From an uncultured Gammaproteobacteria bacterium (lineage in GTDB: Bacteria; Patescibacteriota; Patescibacteriia; Patescibacteriales; UBA12465), in contig CAYZMF010000002.1 in the NCBI GenBank assembly GCA_964479455.1, forward strand, positions 1-47,195: DNA of 47,195 nt, given 5' to 3'. Positions 1-8,743 of this stretch are shown here, piece by piece. Numbering within the stretch: the first letter of the stretch is position 1; each line of letters opens with the position of its first letter. The notes under the pieces are model-generated. The model was not told the origin of the DNA. It worked only from the letters and a program-made list of their open reading frames with translations, and did no database searches. The position numbers and the translations under genes were made by a program.

Positions 1-14
1 AAGAAATAAATAAT

Positions 15-935
15 ATGAAATTTTTAGATTTTTATAAAGAAAAATTAAACTGTAAAACAAAAGATCAAGTTTTTGATTATATCATTGAAAATCTGAAACC
101 AAGTAATACACTTTGGACTTATTTTGTAAATTGGGAAAAGGTTTTTAAAAATACTAAGAAGATTGAACTTGCTTTAAATAATTTAAATTATTTAATTGGT
201 AAGGATGATTTTGATAAAGAATTTAAATTTTTAGTAAAAGAAAATCCAAGTATCATAAAAGTTATTCCAGCTCTATCCGTAAGGGATGGAAGTAATAAAA
301 AGAAATTTGAGATTTTAGTTGATTTTTCTAATAAGAAACTTATTTACGATGAATATGATTTTACTATTAAGAATCTGAATGACAAGGACGTTGAAAAATA
401 TTTAACTTTTATAAAAGAAACTGGACTAAAAGATTTGATAACATCAAAAAAAATAAAAAACCTTGTTGATTATATGATTGGTGTTGAGGCTGGACTAGAT
501 AGTAATGGTAGAAAAAATAGAGGTGGTCATGCCATGGAAGATATTGTTGAGTATTTTATTAAAGATGCTTGTAAGCAAAGTGGGTGTAAGTATTTAAAAG
601 AAGCTAATGCAGAGAAAATTAAAAAAGAATGGGGTTATGATGTTCCAGTTGATAAATCATCACGAAGATATGATTTTGTAGTAGATAACGGTAAAGAACT
701 TTTTATCTTTGAAACTAACTTTTATGGTGGAGGCGGTTCAAAATTAAAAGCAACCGCAGGTGAATATAAAAGCCTTTTTGATGTACTAAAGAGGAAGTAT
801 AAGTTTATATGGATTACTGATGGTCTTGGCTGGAAAAAAGTTCATAAACCTTTAAAAGAAACTTTTGAATACAATGATTATTTATTGAATTTAGATATGT
901 TGGAAAAGGGAATTTTAAATTACTTATTAAAATAA
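15..935 (+). CDS. Type II restriction endonuclease, DpnII/MboI family (predicted GATC-specific)
   Basis: 306-aa ORF. Motifs LWTYFVNWEKV, NLVDYMIGVEAGLDSNGRKNRGGHAMEDIV, FIFETNFYGGGGSKLK and FIWITDGLGWKK match, from memory, the layout of S. pneumoniae R.DpnII (DpnB) along the whole length. Confidence 0.8.
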   Translation: MKFLDFYKEKLNCKTKDQVFDYIIENLKPSNTLWTYFVNWEKVFKNTKKIELALNNLNYLIGKDDFDKEFKFLVKENPSIIKVIPALSVRDGSNKKKFEILVDFSNKKLIYDEYDFTIKNLNDKDVEKYLTFIKETGLKDLITSKKIKNLVDYMIGVEAGLDSNGRKNRGGHAMEDIVEYFIKDACKQSGCKYLKEANAEKIKKEWGYDVPVDKSSRRYDFVVDNGKELFIFETNFYGGGGSKLKATAGEYKSLFDVLKRKYKFIWITDGLGWKKVHKPLKETFEYNDYLLNLDMLEKGILNYLLK

Positions 936-975
936 TATGGCATGAGAAGTAAAGATATCAAATCAAGATTACAGC

Positions 976-1415
976 TTGGTTAAAAGATTTTCTCAAAAGT
1001 ATGTTGATGATTTTAGCGATACATATAATTTTGTGGGAGACGAGGAGTTTAAAATGATTAAGTCTAAATTAGAAGAGAAAAAAAAGAGTATAATAAAAGG
1101 AGAGATTGCCTCTAAAGGTCAAAAAAATATTTATATAGCCACGGCCTGTGTTATACACTCATCTTCTGAGTGGAGAAAGGTGAAAAAAGGTGAGATATTA
1201 GTTACTTCCATGACTACCCCAGATTTTGTGACAGCTATGAAAAAAGCTTTAGGCTTTATCACTGATGAGGGGGCATTACTTGTCACGCCGCCATAGTGGC
1301 CAGGGAAATGGCTAAACCTTGTATAATTTCGACAAAAAAAGCTACTCAAATGATAAAAAGCGGTGATAAATTAAGGATGAATTTACTTACCGGCTTAGTT
1401 GAGATTATGATTTAA
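976..1415 (+). pseudogene. PEP-utilising enzyme mobile (phosphohistidine swivel) domain protein, interrupted by a 1-nt deletion in a G-run
   Basis: The frame-1 ORF (976-1296) ends ...KGEILVTSMTTPDFVTAMKKALGFITDEG then stops. From 1269 the -1 frame reads GGITCHAAIVAREMAKPCIISTKKATQMIKSGDKLRMNLLTGLVEIMI* (stop 1413-1415). Joined, this gives the canonical TDEGG-x-T-x-HAAIVARE swivel-domain motif. The junction is the G5 run at 1267-1271. Confidence 0.75.
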
Positions 1416-1457
1416 AGCCTAGTAATTACTAATTTTACAAATTAAGTAGTAAATAAT

Positions 1458-2492
1458 TTATAAGCCATGGGCGATGCTTTCATCATAACCGGCCTGACTT
1501 ATTTCGATGAAATCGGCTTTGCCTTTGAGTGATTCAATGTTTCTGGCGCCGATATAGGTCATACCCGAGGCGATTCCTCCTAAAAGATTGTTAACTATTA
1601 GATTAATTGAGCCTTTATATTTCACTTTAGTCATTTCTCCTTCAACATGAACAACTTCTTTTACCCTCTGACCATCTAGACTCATTTTTTTAATGGTAGC
1701 TAGATAGCTGGCCATGCCCCGATAGTCTTTATATTTTTCTCCTTTAATAGTGATTATTTTACCGGGACTTTCTTTAGTGCCGGCAAATAGAGAGCCGGAC
1801 ATAATACAATCAGCCCCAGCACCAATAGCTTTAACGATGTCGCCTGAGTTTTTCATACCCCCATCAGCGCAAATTGGTACTCGTCCTTGGCTTGCCTCGT
1901 AAGCGTCCATAATAGCAGTGATTTGAGGAACACCAGTTCCCGCCATAATTCGAGTAGTACACATTGAGCCCGGTCCGATTCCTACTTTAATAGCATCAGC
2001 TTTTTTGCTGATAAAATACTCAGCCGCATCTTTAGTAGCAATATTACCTACCATAATATCAATATGAGGATAATGTTCTTTTAAATAATCCAGAGTTTTG
2101 CCAGTTCTTTTGGAGTGTCCGTGGGCAACATCTAAAACCAAAATATTCACCCCAACTTCATTTAAGGCCTTGACCCTAAGTTCGTAATCTTTAACGCCAA
2201 TGGCAGCTGCCACCATTAGTTTGTTATCTTTAACTTTTTTTACCTCTTTAACTTGCTTTTCAATGCTCATAAAGCGGTGGATAACCCCCAAACCACCTAA
2301 ACGACCCACAGCAATCGCCATCTTACTTTCACAAGTGGTATCCATATTGGCCACTACAATCGGTATATCAAGTTGATAGTTTTTGGTAATTTTAGTTTTG
2401 AAGCTAACTTCTTTTCTGGACTTAATCTTATTATACTTAGGAACGATTAAAACATCATTGAAGGAATAGCCTTTAGCGATAATTCTAGCCAT
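1458..2492 (-). CDS. IMP dehydrogenase / GMP reductase family protein lacking the CBS subdomain
   Basis: 344 aa. Motifs FNDVLIVPK, ANMDT, GLGVIHRFMSIEKQ, LDVAHGHS, catalytic-Cys loop GIGPGSMCTTR, ADGG, YRGMAS. There is no CBS pair between the IHR...VKKVK segment and AAAIGV. Confidence 0.85.
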   Translation of the reverse strand: MARIIAKGYSFNDVLIVPKYNKIKSRKEVSFKTKITKNYQLDIPIVVANMDTTCESKMAIAVGRLGGLGVIHRFMSIEKQVKEVKKVKDNKLMVAAAIGVKDYELRVKALNEVGVNILVLDVAHGHSKRTGKTLDYLKEHYPHIDIMVGNIATKDAAEYFISKKADAIKVGIGPGSMCTTRIMAGTGVPQITAIMDAYEASQGRVPICADGGMKNSGDIVKAIGAGADCIMSGSLFAGTKESPGKIITIKGEKYKDYRGMASYLATIKKMSLDGQRVKEVVHVEGEMTKVKYKGSINLIVNNLLGGIASGMTYIGARNIESLKGKADFIEISQAGYDESIAHGL

Positions 2493-2554
2493 ATATTTTA
2501 AATTATTTATTTCTAACGAGTTTATTATAGCAGATTAATTAAATATTTAAAGAC

Positions 2555-2583
2555 TTGAATTATTTAAAAATATTGTCTATGAT
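2555..2583 (+). promoter_or_regulatory. Sigma70-like promoter (TTGAAT-17-TATGAT) upstream of the 2592 operon
   Basis: -35 ttgaat at 2555-2560, 17-nt spacer, -10 tatgat at 2578-2583. Only 8 nt separate the -10 box from the ATG at 2592, and no SD is present. Confidence 0.4.
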
Positions 2584-2591
2584 AAGCTTAT

Positions 2592-3464
2592 ATGCAAGAT
2601 TTAATTAATAAGATACTTTATTCAAACAAAGAAGAAAGTAGGCAAGCTAAGTTAGAGATAGAAAAATTAGAGCGTAAAGACAAGAAAAAAATTTTGTACA
2701 ATCTATTTATACAAAATATAAAGGATTTTAAAGAAAACGATAATCATCAAGGAGTAGCTAACTTTATTTACGCCTCTAAATGGCTTATCTTTAGTTGTCC
2801 AGAAAAAGATTTAGATTTTTGGGCTGATTTTCTTTTAGAACAGATTAGCTCCGATTCTGGACTAGTTAGAAACGCGGTGGTTAAGGTCTTTCCTAACCTG
2901 TTAATTAATATTAATTTTTCCCAGAATGTTTTAAAAAAGCCAAGCTCTAAAGATTTAGAGTTAATGAAAAAGTATTGGCAATTATCAGTTAGGATAGAAG
3001 ACTTGCTTGATAAATATGCTAATGAAAAATATCATAGATATGAATATGTTTCTGACTTACCAGCTTCTGTTTTCAAAAGTCTCAATTATCTCTGGGTTGA
3101 TTTAAAATATTATCAACAAGGAGATAAAATTTTGGATTACTATTTTAATAATGTTATTCATAAAGAAGAGCCAGCCAATACCAATACTAGTCAGCAATTA
3201 GGCATTCTAATTGATTTTGAAAGATATCTGCAGGCTAATCATATTAAGATAAAAATTGAAGACATCTTAGAGATTATTTACAGAAATAAAAGTGATCAAT
3301 CTCTAAAGATTGCCCTGTCTTATATCTGCAAGCAAACTCAAGTACCAGTTCAACTTATACCACAATTTTTAAAATACCTGAATATTCTTTGGAATATTTT
3401 TCCGCACCTCGATTTAGATGGAGAGGCGCCAATTAATTTAACTAATAAAAAAAAATATGAGTAA
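2592..3464 (+). CDS. Hypothetical protein (helical, possibly HEAT/ARM-like)
   Basis: 290-aa ORF with coding-like composition. It overlaps the next gene by 8 nt. I recognise no motif. Confidence 0.6.
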   Translation: MQDLINKILYSNKEESRQAKLEIEKLERKDKKKILYNLFIQNIKDFKENDNHQGVANFIYASKWLIFSCPEKDLDFWADFLLEQISSDSGLVRNAVVKVFPNLLININFSQNVLKKPSSKDLELMKKYWQLSVRIEDLLDKYANEKYHRYEYVSDLPASVFKSLNYLWVDLKYYQQGDKILDYYFNNVIHKEEPANTNTSQQLGILIDFERYLQANHIKIKIEDILEIIYRNKSDQSLKIALSYICKQTQVPVQLIPQFLKYLNILWNIFPHLDLDGEAPINLTNKKKYE

Positions 3465-4293
3465 ATCTTTCAAAGCTAAATATAGCTATTTTTACCTTCT
3501 CTCTTTAGTTTCTTTAATATTTCTCGCTATTTCACTGGGCCTAATTTTATTTAACATCATCAATCTTAGCATTGGCGATGCTTTAATTGAGGGGAATTTT
3601 AATAATTATGACAGCCAACTAAAGTTTGCCATTTCCGCTCTTTTAATTAGTGCCCCCGTTTATTATTTAAGTCAGTATTTTATTAAAAAAGGTTTTGAGA
3701 AAAAAGAATTTTTTAAAGAAAGTAATTTAAGGAAGTGGTTAATCTATCTGATTTTATTAGTCTCTTCAGTCATTATCTTAGGGCTACTTATTAGCCTATT
3801 TAATAATTTTTTAAGTGGTGAATTGACCACTAGATTTGTTTTAAAGGCAATTAGTGTCTTTTTTCTTTCCGCCTTTGTTTTTCTTTATTACCTCTACAAC
3901 CTTAGAGATCATCAAAAAAAAATATTGGAGAGATTATTTTTATTTAGTTCTCTTTTTATAATCTTAGCGATATTTATTAGTGCTTTTTTCTTTATTGAAT
4001 CACCGCAAATGTCTCGAGATAGAAAATATGATCAAGCCTTACTCAATAATATTTATAATTTAGAGTCCTTGATAAACGAATATTATAATAATAATGAAAA
4101 ACTGCCAGCTGATTTAGAAGAGATTAGAAATTTCAATACTAAGTTATCATATATCAATGTTAAAGATTTGGCTTTAATTGATTATAATATTATTAGCGAG
4201 ACAGAGTTTGAGCTCTGTGCTGATTTTAGAATTGAGCCTAAAAGCTGTCATCAGGGAAATCTATGGATAAGAAAATCAAGCCAGAATTACTAG
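3457..4293 (+). CDS. Membrane protein, DUF5671-like (multi-TM N-terminal region plus pseudopilin-like C-terminal tail)
   Basis: 278 aa with about 5 hydrophobic helices. The C-terminal segment YDQALLNNIYNLESLINEYYNNNEKLPADLEEI...FELCADF resembles the globular tail I recall from DUF5671 proteins common in CPR genomes. Confidence 0.6.
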   Translation: MSKSFKAKYSYFYLLSLVSLIFLAISLGLILFNIINLSIGDALIEGNFNNYDSQLKFAISALLISAPVYYLSQYFIKKGFEKKEFFKESNLRKWLIYLILLVSSVIILGLLISLFNNFLSGELTTRFVLKAISVFFLSAFVFLYYLYNLRDHQKKILERLFLFSSLFIILAIFISAFFFIESPQMSRDRKYDQALLNNIYNLESLINEYYNNNEKLPADLEEIRNFNTKLSYINVKDLALIDYNIISETEFELCADFRIEPKSCHQGNLWIRKSSQNY

Positions 4294-5504
4294 CTCCAGC
4301 TGGTGATTTTTTAAAGTTAAAAACTGCTTTAGCTTTTGGAGCGGATGCCGTCTATTTTGGGGTGCCTGATTTTTCTTTAAGAACCAGAATTAATAATTTT
4401 AATTGGTCAGATGTTGATAAGGCGCTTAAGTATACCCGAGAAAAGAAGAAGAAAGCTTATTTAACATTAAATATTTTTGCCCATAACCAGCATATCACTA
4501 GCTTAAAGAAACAATTAAAGAAAATAAAAGAGATTAATCCAGATGGACTAATTATTTCTGATCCGGGCATTCTTTTGCTTCTTAAAAAATATTTACCAAA
4601 AACAAAATTAATTCTAAGCACCCAGGCTAACACTACTAACTATTTGTCAATGAAGTATTGGGAAGAGCAGGGCATTAGTCGCTTTATTCTTTCCCGAGAA
4701 TTAAAATATACCGATGTGGCAGAAATTATTAAGCAGAAAAAAAAGAGAAGCGAGGTGGAAGTGTTTGTTCATGGGGCTTTGTGCATGGCTTATTCTGGAC
4801 GCTGCTTTCTCTCCCAGTATTTTAAACAAGCTAATGCTAATTTAGGTGACTGCCTGCAACCCTGTCGCTTCGAATATGAGTTAAAAACTAAAAATAGTGA
4901 AGATTCAATGATTATTGGTGAGGATAAAAATGGAACATATTTTTTAAATTCCTTAGATTTATGTTTAATTAAAAAAATTCCTCAGTTAATAAAAATTGGT
5001 ATTTCTTCTTGTAAAATAGAGGGACGGGCGAAAAGCGTCTATTATTTAGCCAATGTGGTCGGTGCTTACCGACAGGCAATTGACTTATCATTTAAAAAGA
5101 AGAAGGTAGAGAAAGAATTAAATTATTTATACAAGGAATTAGAATCTAAATTAGTGCAACGCGGTTTTACTGAAGGTCTAATGTTTGTTAGCAGCGATGG
5201 AAAACTGCAAAATACTGCTAATAGTAAAAATAGGCCTGGGTGGGAGTTTTGCGGACAGGTGCTTGATTCAAATAAAAGCGAGGTGAAAATCAAGGTTCAT
5301 AACAGCCTTAAAGTTGGCGATCAAATAGAAATTATCAGCCCCCCTTATAAACTAACAAAAATTAAGCTCAAGCAGATTTTTAGAGCTGACAATGGAGAAA
5401 GTATTGATGAAGCACATGGCGGAGGCGGCTCAATCGAAGTAATTCTTAAGCTAAACAAAAAAATCCCTAGATACAGTGTCCTCAGGAGAAAGATTATGTT
5501 ATAA
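4263..5504 (+). CDS. Peptidase U32 family protein (collagenase-like; family now linked to RNA hydroxylation)
   Basis: 413 aa. N-terminus MDKKIKPELLAPAGDFLKLKTALAFGADAVYFG, ...FVHGALCMAYSGRCFLS, and KIEGRAKS are typical U32 motifs. Confidence 0.85.
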   Translation: MDKKIKPELLAPAGDFLKLKTALAFGADAVYFGVPDFSLRTRINNFNWSDVDKALKYTREKKKKAYLTLNIFAHNQHITSLKKQLKKIKEINPDGLIISDPGILLLLKKYLPKTKLILSTQANTTNYLSMKYWEEQGISRFILSRELKYTDVAEIIKQKKKRSEVEVFVHGALCMAYSGRCFLSQYFKQANANLGDCLQPCRFEYELKTKNSEDSMIIGEDKNGTYFLNSLDLCLIKKIPQLIKIGISSCKIEGRAKSVYYLANVVGAYRQAIDLSFKKKKVEKELNYLYKELESKLVQRGFTEGLMFVSSDGKLQNTANSKNRPGWEFCGQVLDSNKSEVKIKVHNSLKVGDQIEIISPPYKLTKIKLKQIFRADNGESIDEAHGGGGSIEVILKLNKKIPRYSVLRRKIML

Positions 5505-5513
5505 TATATTAAT

Positions 5514-5864
5514 ATGACAATTGCCTTAAAAATTCATTCAATTATTGGAATAATTTTAGGTCTGCTTTTTTTCTATGCTCCTAGTACTTGGTATTTTATT
5601 TTAATCAGCGCTCTATTAATCGCCTGGGGAATTTTAACTTATTGTTTTGCCGATAAAAAGCAATATTGTCTCTATATTAAAATTATTGCCTACATAACTG
5701 GCCTATTTTCGTCTTTACTGACTTTTTTTTCTGCCTTTTTTATCTTTAGTACTAGCACTGGCTATATTAAAAACATTTTAATCTATATTTTCTTTCTTTC
5801 CATCTTTATTCTCAGTTGGTCAATTATTAGCCTTAGCTACTTAAAAAAGCAATTTAAAAGATAA
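5514..5864 (+). CDS. Small integral membrane protein (4 predicted TM helices)
   Basis: 116 aa, almost entirely hydrophobic helices. It lies 9 nt after the U32 gene. Confidence 0.55.
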   Translation: MTIALKIHSIIGIILGLLFFYAPSTWYFILISALLIAWGILTYCFADKKQYCLYIKIIAYITGLFSSLLTFFSAFFIFSTSTGYIKNILIYIFFLSIFILSWSIISLSYLKKQFKR

Positions 5865-5878
5865 GCTTTTTTCTAAGA

Positions 5879-5907
5879 TTGCCCTAGCTCTCTATATACG
5901 CTATAAT
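5879..5907 (+). promoter_or_regulatory. Sigma70-like promoter (TTGCCC-17-TATAAT)
   Basis: ttgccc at 5879-5884, 17-nt spacer, tataat at 5902-5907, in the 221-nt gap before the efflux operon. Confidence 0.4.
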
Positions 5908-5966
5908 ACCAGCATAATTATATGATTGATAAATTCAATGATTTTTTAACTGACAAACACTTGGTC

Positions 5967-5995
5967 TTGACTAAATGTCATTTCTATGATATATT
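5967..5995 (+). promoter_or_regulatory. Sigma70-like promoter with extended -10 (TTGACT-17-TGaTATATT)
   Basis: ttgact at 5967-5972, 17-nt spacer ending tga, tatatt at 5990-5995. It lies about 90 nt upstream of the ATG at 6086. Confidence 0.4.
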
Positions 5996-6085
5996 TACTA
6001 AGCTTTATCTATAATATCAGAGATTTAGTCAATATAAATAATTTTTTAACAAATAGCTTGTTGAACTAAGTATTTTTTTAATTCT

Positions 6086-8017
6086 ATGAAAATAAATAAA
6101 AAGTATAAAAAGTATATCTATTGGGCGGTAGCTATTGTCTTGGTGGTTTTAGCTATCTTTTTTTTGAGGCGAGATAAGGGGGAAGAAGAATATAGCACTG
6201 CCTTTGTTTTGGCCGGACCTTTAAAGCAAACGGTAGCAGAAACTGGCACAGTTAAGGCCTTGAAAGAATTAAATTTAAATTTTTCTCAGACTGGCAAAGT
6301 TTTAGATATCCTGGTTGAAGTTGGCGATGAAGTAGAAAAAGGAGCACTTTTAGCTCAATTGGATAACACCGCTTTGGGAATAAGGAGGTCAGAGGCTTTA
6401 GCCGGCTTGCAAATGGCCCAAGCTAATTTAAGTAAATTATTAGAGGGGGCCAGTTTATCAGCTATTGATATTAGTCAAAGTAATTTAGAACAAACTAAAA
6501 TCGCTCAGGCTTCAGCCGAAAATGAATTAGAAAAGCTTAAAATATCAGTTGAAGAAAGCATTAAGCAGGCTAGAAAAACACTGGCTGATTTAGAATCAAC
6601 TAAAACTATTACGCCTCTCAGGCAGGGAGTCAATAGTGCTCAGATTAATTTGAAAAATATTAGACAAAGTAATTTAAAAAATATCAATCATAGCCGTTCT
6701 TTAGCCTTAAATACTTTCAGTGATAAGATATTAGTGGCTCAGATTGCGGTTGATAATGTCTATTCTCTAATTGAAGATGATACGGCTGAACATGTCTTAA
6801 GTGCCAAGGATTCCTCTTGGCTGATTAAAGTAAAAAATGGTCGTCTAATATCTCTGTCTAAATTAGATGAGGCCCGTCAGGCACTTGATTTAGCTCTAAA
6901 TTCAAATGACAATGAACTAACTAGTCTAGCTGGGGAGGAAGCTCAACAGGCTTTAAGTTTAGTTAGAGAATTATTATCCAACACTTATTTCATGCTGGAG
7001 GCAAGTATTACTAGTAGCAGTTTCCCGCAAACTCGTTTAGATAGCTATAAATCAGCAATAAATAATCAAATTAGCCAGATTGCCGCGGCTATTACGACTA
7101 CTGAAACAGCTTTATTCAATTTTCAAAATACTCTACTCCAATCAGATAATTCATTATCAAATGCCAGTGAGGCTTTAAGGCAGGCAGAGGCTAATTTAAA
7201 TAATGCCATTTTAAACGCTAGCAATAATTTAAATAATCTAATTCTATCAGGCGATCAGCAAATTAGTTTAGCAGAAGCCAAGCTTAGTAGCACTAAGCAA
7301 GCAGTGGTGGTAGCGCAAGCTCAATTAAACAATATTAAGGATTCAGCTAGTCAGGCTGATATTAGTTTAGCCCAAGCTCAAATTAATCAAGCCCAAGCTA
7401 ATCTAAATTCAATTGATGAGCAAATTGAAAACACCAAGTTATATGCCCCTTTTAACGGAGTAATTACTGAATTAAACTACAATATTGGTGAACAATTTAG
7501 CCCTAGTTTAACTAGCTTCATTAAACTTTTAGTTGATGATCTTTTTGAAATTGAGGTAGATATTGCTGAATCAGATATCAATAAGGTTAAGCTTAATGAT
7601 AAAGTACAAATTACTTTAGATGCTTTTGGTAGAAATACGATATTTACTGGCCTCGTTTCTTTTATTGAACCGGCTCAAACCATGATTCAGGGAGTAGTTT
7701 ATTATAAAGTAAAAATCCAATTTACTTCACTAGAGGCCTGGTTGGCCGAAAATATAGAAAAAAAACAAGAAATTAAAACAGGGATGACTGCTAATTTGGA
7801 AATTGAAACAGCCAGTCGTGATAATGTTTTGCAAGTTCCTGGTCGAGCCATTATTAGCGAAGATGAGGCGAGAAATATAGTAAGAGTTTTAAATAATGGT
7901 GAGATAGTTGAAAAAGAAGTCCAAATTGGCTTGCGAGGAGATAGTGGTTTAGTAGAAGTAATTAGTGGATTAAGTGAAGGGGAGGAGGTGATTACCTTTA
8001 TTCGTAATTCAAATTAG
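6086..8017 (+). CDS. HlyD/MacA-family periplasmic adaptor with an unusually long coiled-coil hairpin
   Basis: 643 aa. N-terminal TM (YWAVAIVLVVLAIFF), lipoyl-like GKVLDILVEVGDEVEKGALLAQLD, about 350 aa of A/Q/L/N-rich heptad-like sequence, then beta-barrel/MPD motifs (LYAPFNGVITELN, GMTANLEIE). Confidence 0.85.
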   Translation: MKINKKYKKYIYWAVAIVLVVLAIFFLRRDKGEEEYSTAFVLAGPLKQTVAETGTVKALKELNLNFSQTGKVLDILVEVGDEVEKGALLAQLDNTALGIRRSEALAGLQMAQANLSKLLEGASLSAIDISQSNLEQTKIAQASAENELEKLKISVEESIKQARKTLADLESTKTITPLRQGVNSAQINLKNIRQSNLKNINHSRSLALNTFSDKILVAQIAVDNVYSLIEDDTAEHVLSAKDSSWLIKVKNGRLISLSKLDEARQALDLALNSNDNELTSLAGEEAQQALSLVRELLSNTYFMLEASITSSSFPQTRLDSYKSAINNQISQIAAAITTTETALFNFQNTLLQSDNSLSNASEALRQAEANLNNAILNASNNLNNLILSGDQQISLAEAKLSSTKQAVVVAQAQLNNIKDSASQADISLAQAQINQAQANLNSIDEQIENTKLYAPFNGVITELNYNIGEQFSPSLTSFIKLLVDDLFEIEVDIAESDINKVKLNDKVQITLDAFGRNTIFTGLVSFIEPAQTMIQGVVYYKVKIQFTSLEAWLAENIEKKQEIKTGMTANLEIETASRDNVLQVPGRAIISEDEARNIVRVLNNGEIVEKEVQIGLRGDSGLVEVISGLSEGEEVITFIRNSN

Positions 8018-8740
8018 ATGAGTAATGAATTGATAAAATTAAGTAAACTTTTTAAAAGTTATCAGAGTGGGGGCTTAATAACAGAAGTTTTATACGATAT
8101 TAATTTTTCTATCAATAATGGTGAGTTTGTCTCTATCATGGGACCATCTGGTTCTGGCAAGTCAACTTTAATGCATATATTGGGCCTACTAGAAAGAAGT
8201 ACTACTGGTCTTTATGCCTTCAAGGGGGAAGATATTAGCCAATTTGATGACGATCGTTTAGCTCTCCTGAGAAACAAAGAGATTGGTTTTGTTTTTCAGT
8301 CTTTTAATCTCTTGGCCAGAACCTCAGTTTTAGATAATGTTAAATTGCCTTTAATTTATTCTAGCAATAAAAAAGAAATGGATAAAAGAGCTCAAAAAGT
8401 TTTAGAGAGCGTTGGCCTGGGACATCGTTTACATTATCTTAGCAATCAAATTTCTGGAGGTGAAAAACAAAGAACAGCTATCGCCCGAGCTTTGATAAAT
8501 GATCCAGCAATAATCTTTGCCGATGAGCCGACTGGTAATCTAGATTCAAAAACCGGTATTGCCGTGATGAAAATTTTACAAGACTTAAATAATCAAGGAA
8601 AAACTATTATTCTAGTAACTCATGAAACTTTTACTGCTGAGCATGCTAAAAGAATTATCCATATTAAAGATGGCAGGATTGAAAGTGATCAAATATTAAA
8701 GAACAGAAGGATGGCAGAGAGTTTAAGTAGTTTAAAGTAA
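8018..8740 (+). CDS. ABC transporter ATP-binding protein, MacB/LolD type
   Basis: 240 aa. Walker [10 protein letters not shown], signature ISGGEKQR, Walker [14 protein letters not shown]-loop VTHE. The start abuts the adaptor stop (TAGATG). Confidence 0.9.
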   Translation: MSNELIKLSKLFKSYQSGGLITEVLYDINFSINNGEFVSIMGPSGSGKSTLMHILGLLERSTTGLYAFKGEDISQFDDDRLALLRNKEIGFVFQSFNLLARTSVLDNVKLPLIYSSNKKEMDKRAQKVLESVGLGHRLHYLSNQISGGEKQRTAIARALINDPAIIFADEPTGNLDSKTGIAVMKILQDLNNQGKTIILVTHETFTAEHAKRIIHIKDGRIESDQILKNRRMAESLSSLK

Positions 8741-8743
8741 TCT

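Noticed and set aside
1131-1349. 72-aa minus-strand ORF across the PEP-swivel-domain gene. The same applies to other short opposite-strand or alternative-frame ORFs in the track: 8758-8952, 10703-10969, 12442-12675, 13858-14055, 17193-17390, 22111-22308, 22554-22766, 23851-24153, 24249-24431, 25798-26046, 28583-28801, 28611-28811, 31896-32078 and 46694-47032.
   Set aside because: Each is fully nested in a longer ORF with clear family motifs. None has a recognisable domain, and their compositions look like shadow-frame translation.
1416-1457. A 12-nt perfect palindrome tagtaattacta (1420-1431) and ttacta/tagtaa arms between two convergent genes, considered as a bidirectional terminator
   Set aside because: The stems are short and entirely A/T-rich, with an awkward loop of either 4 nt or ~15 nt. 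This is not distinguishable from chance in such AT-rich DNA.
4263-4293. The 31-nt overlap between the DUF5671-like gene and the U32 gene, considered as a frameshift or fusion
   Set aside because: The U32 N-terminus MDKKIKPELLAPAGD is the canonical start of the family, and the upstream protein is already complete past its ...FELCADF tail. Two independent genes with a long overlap is the simpler reading.
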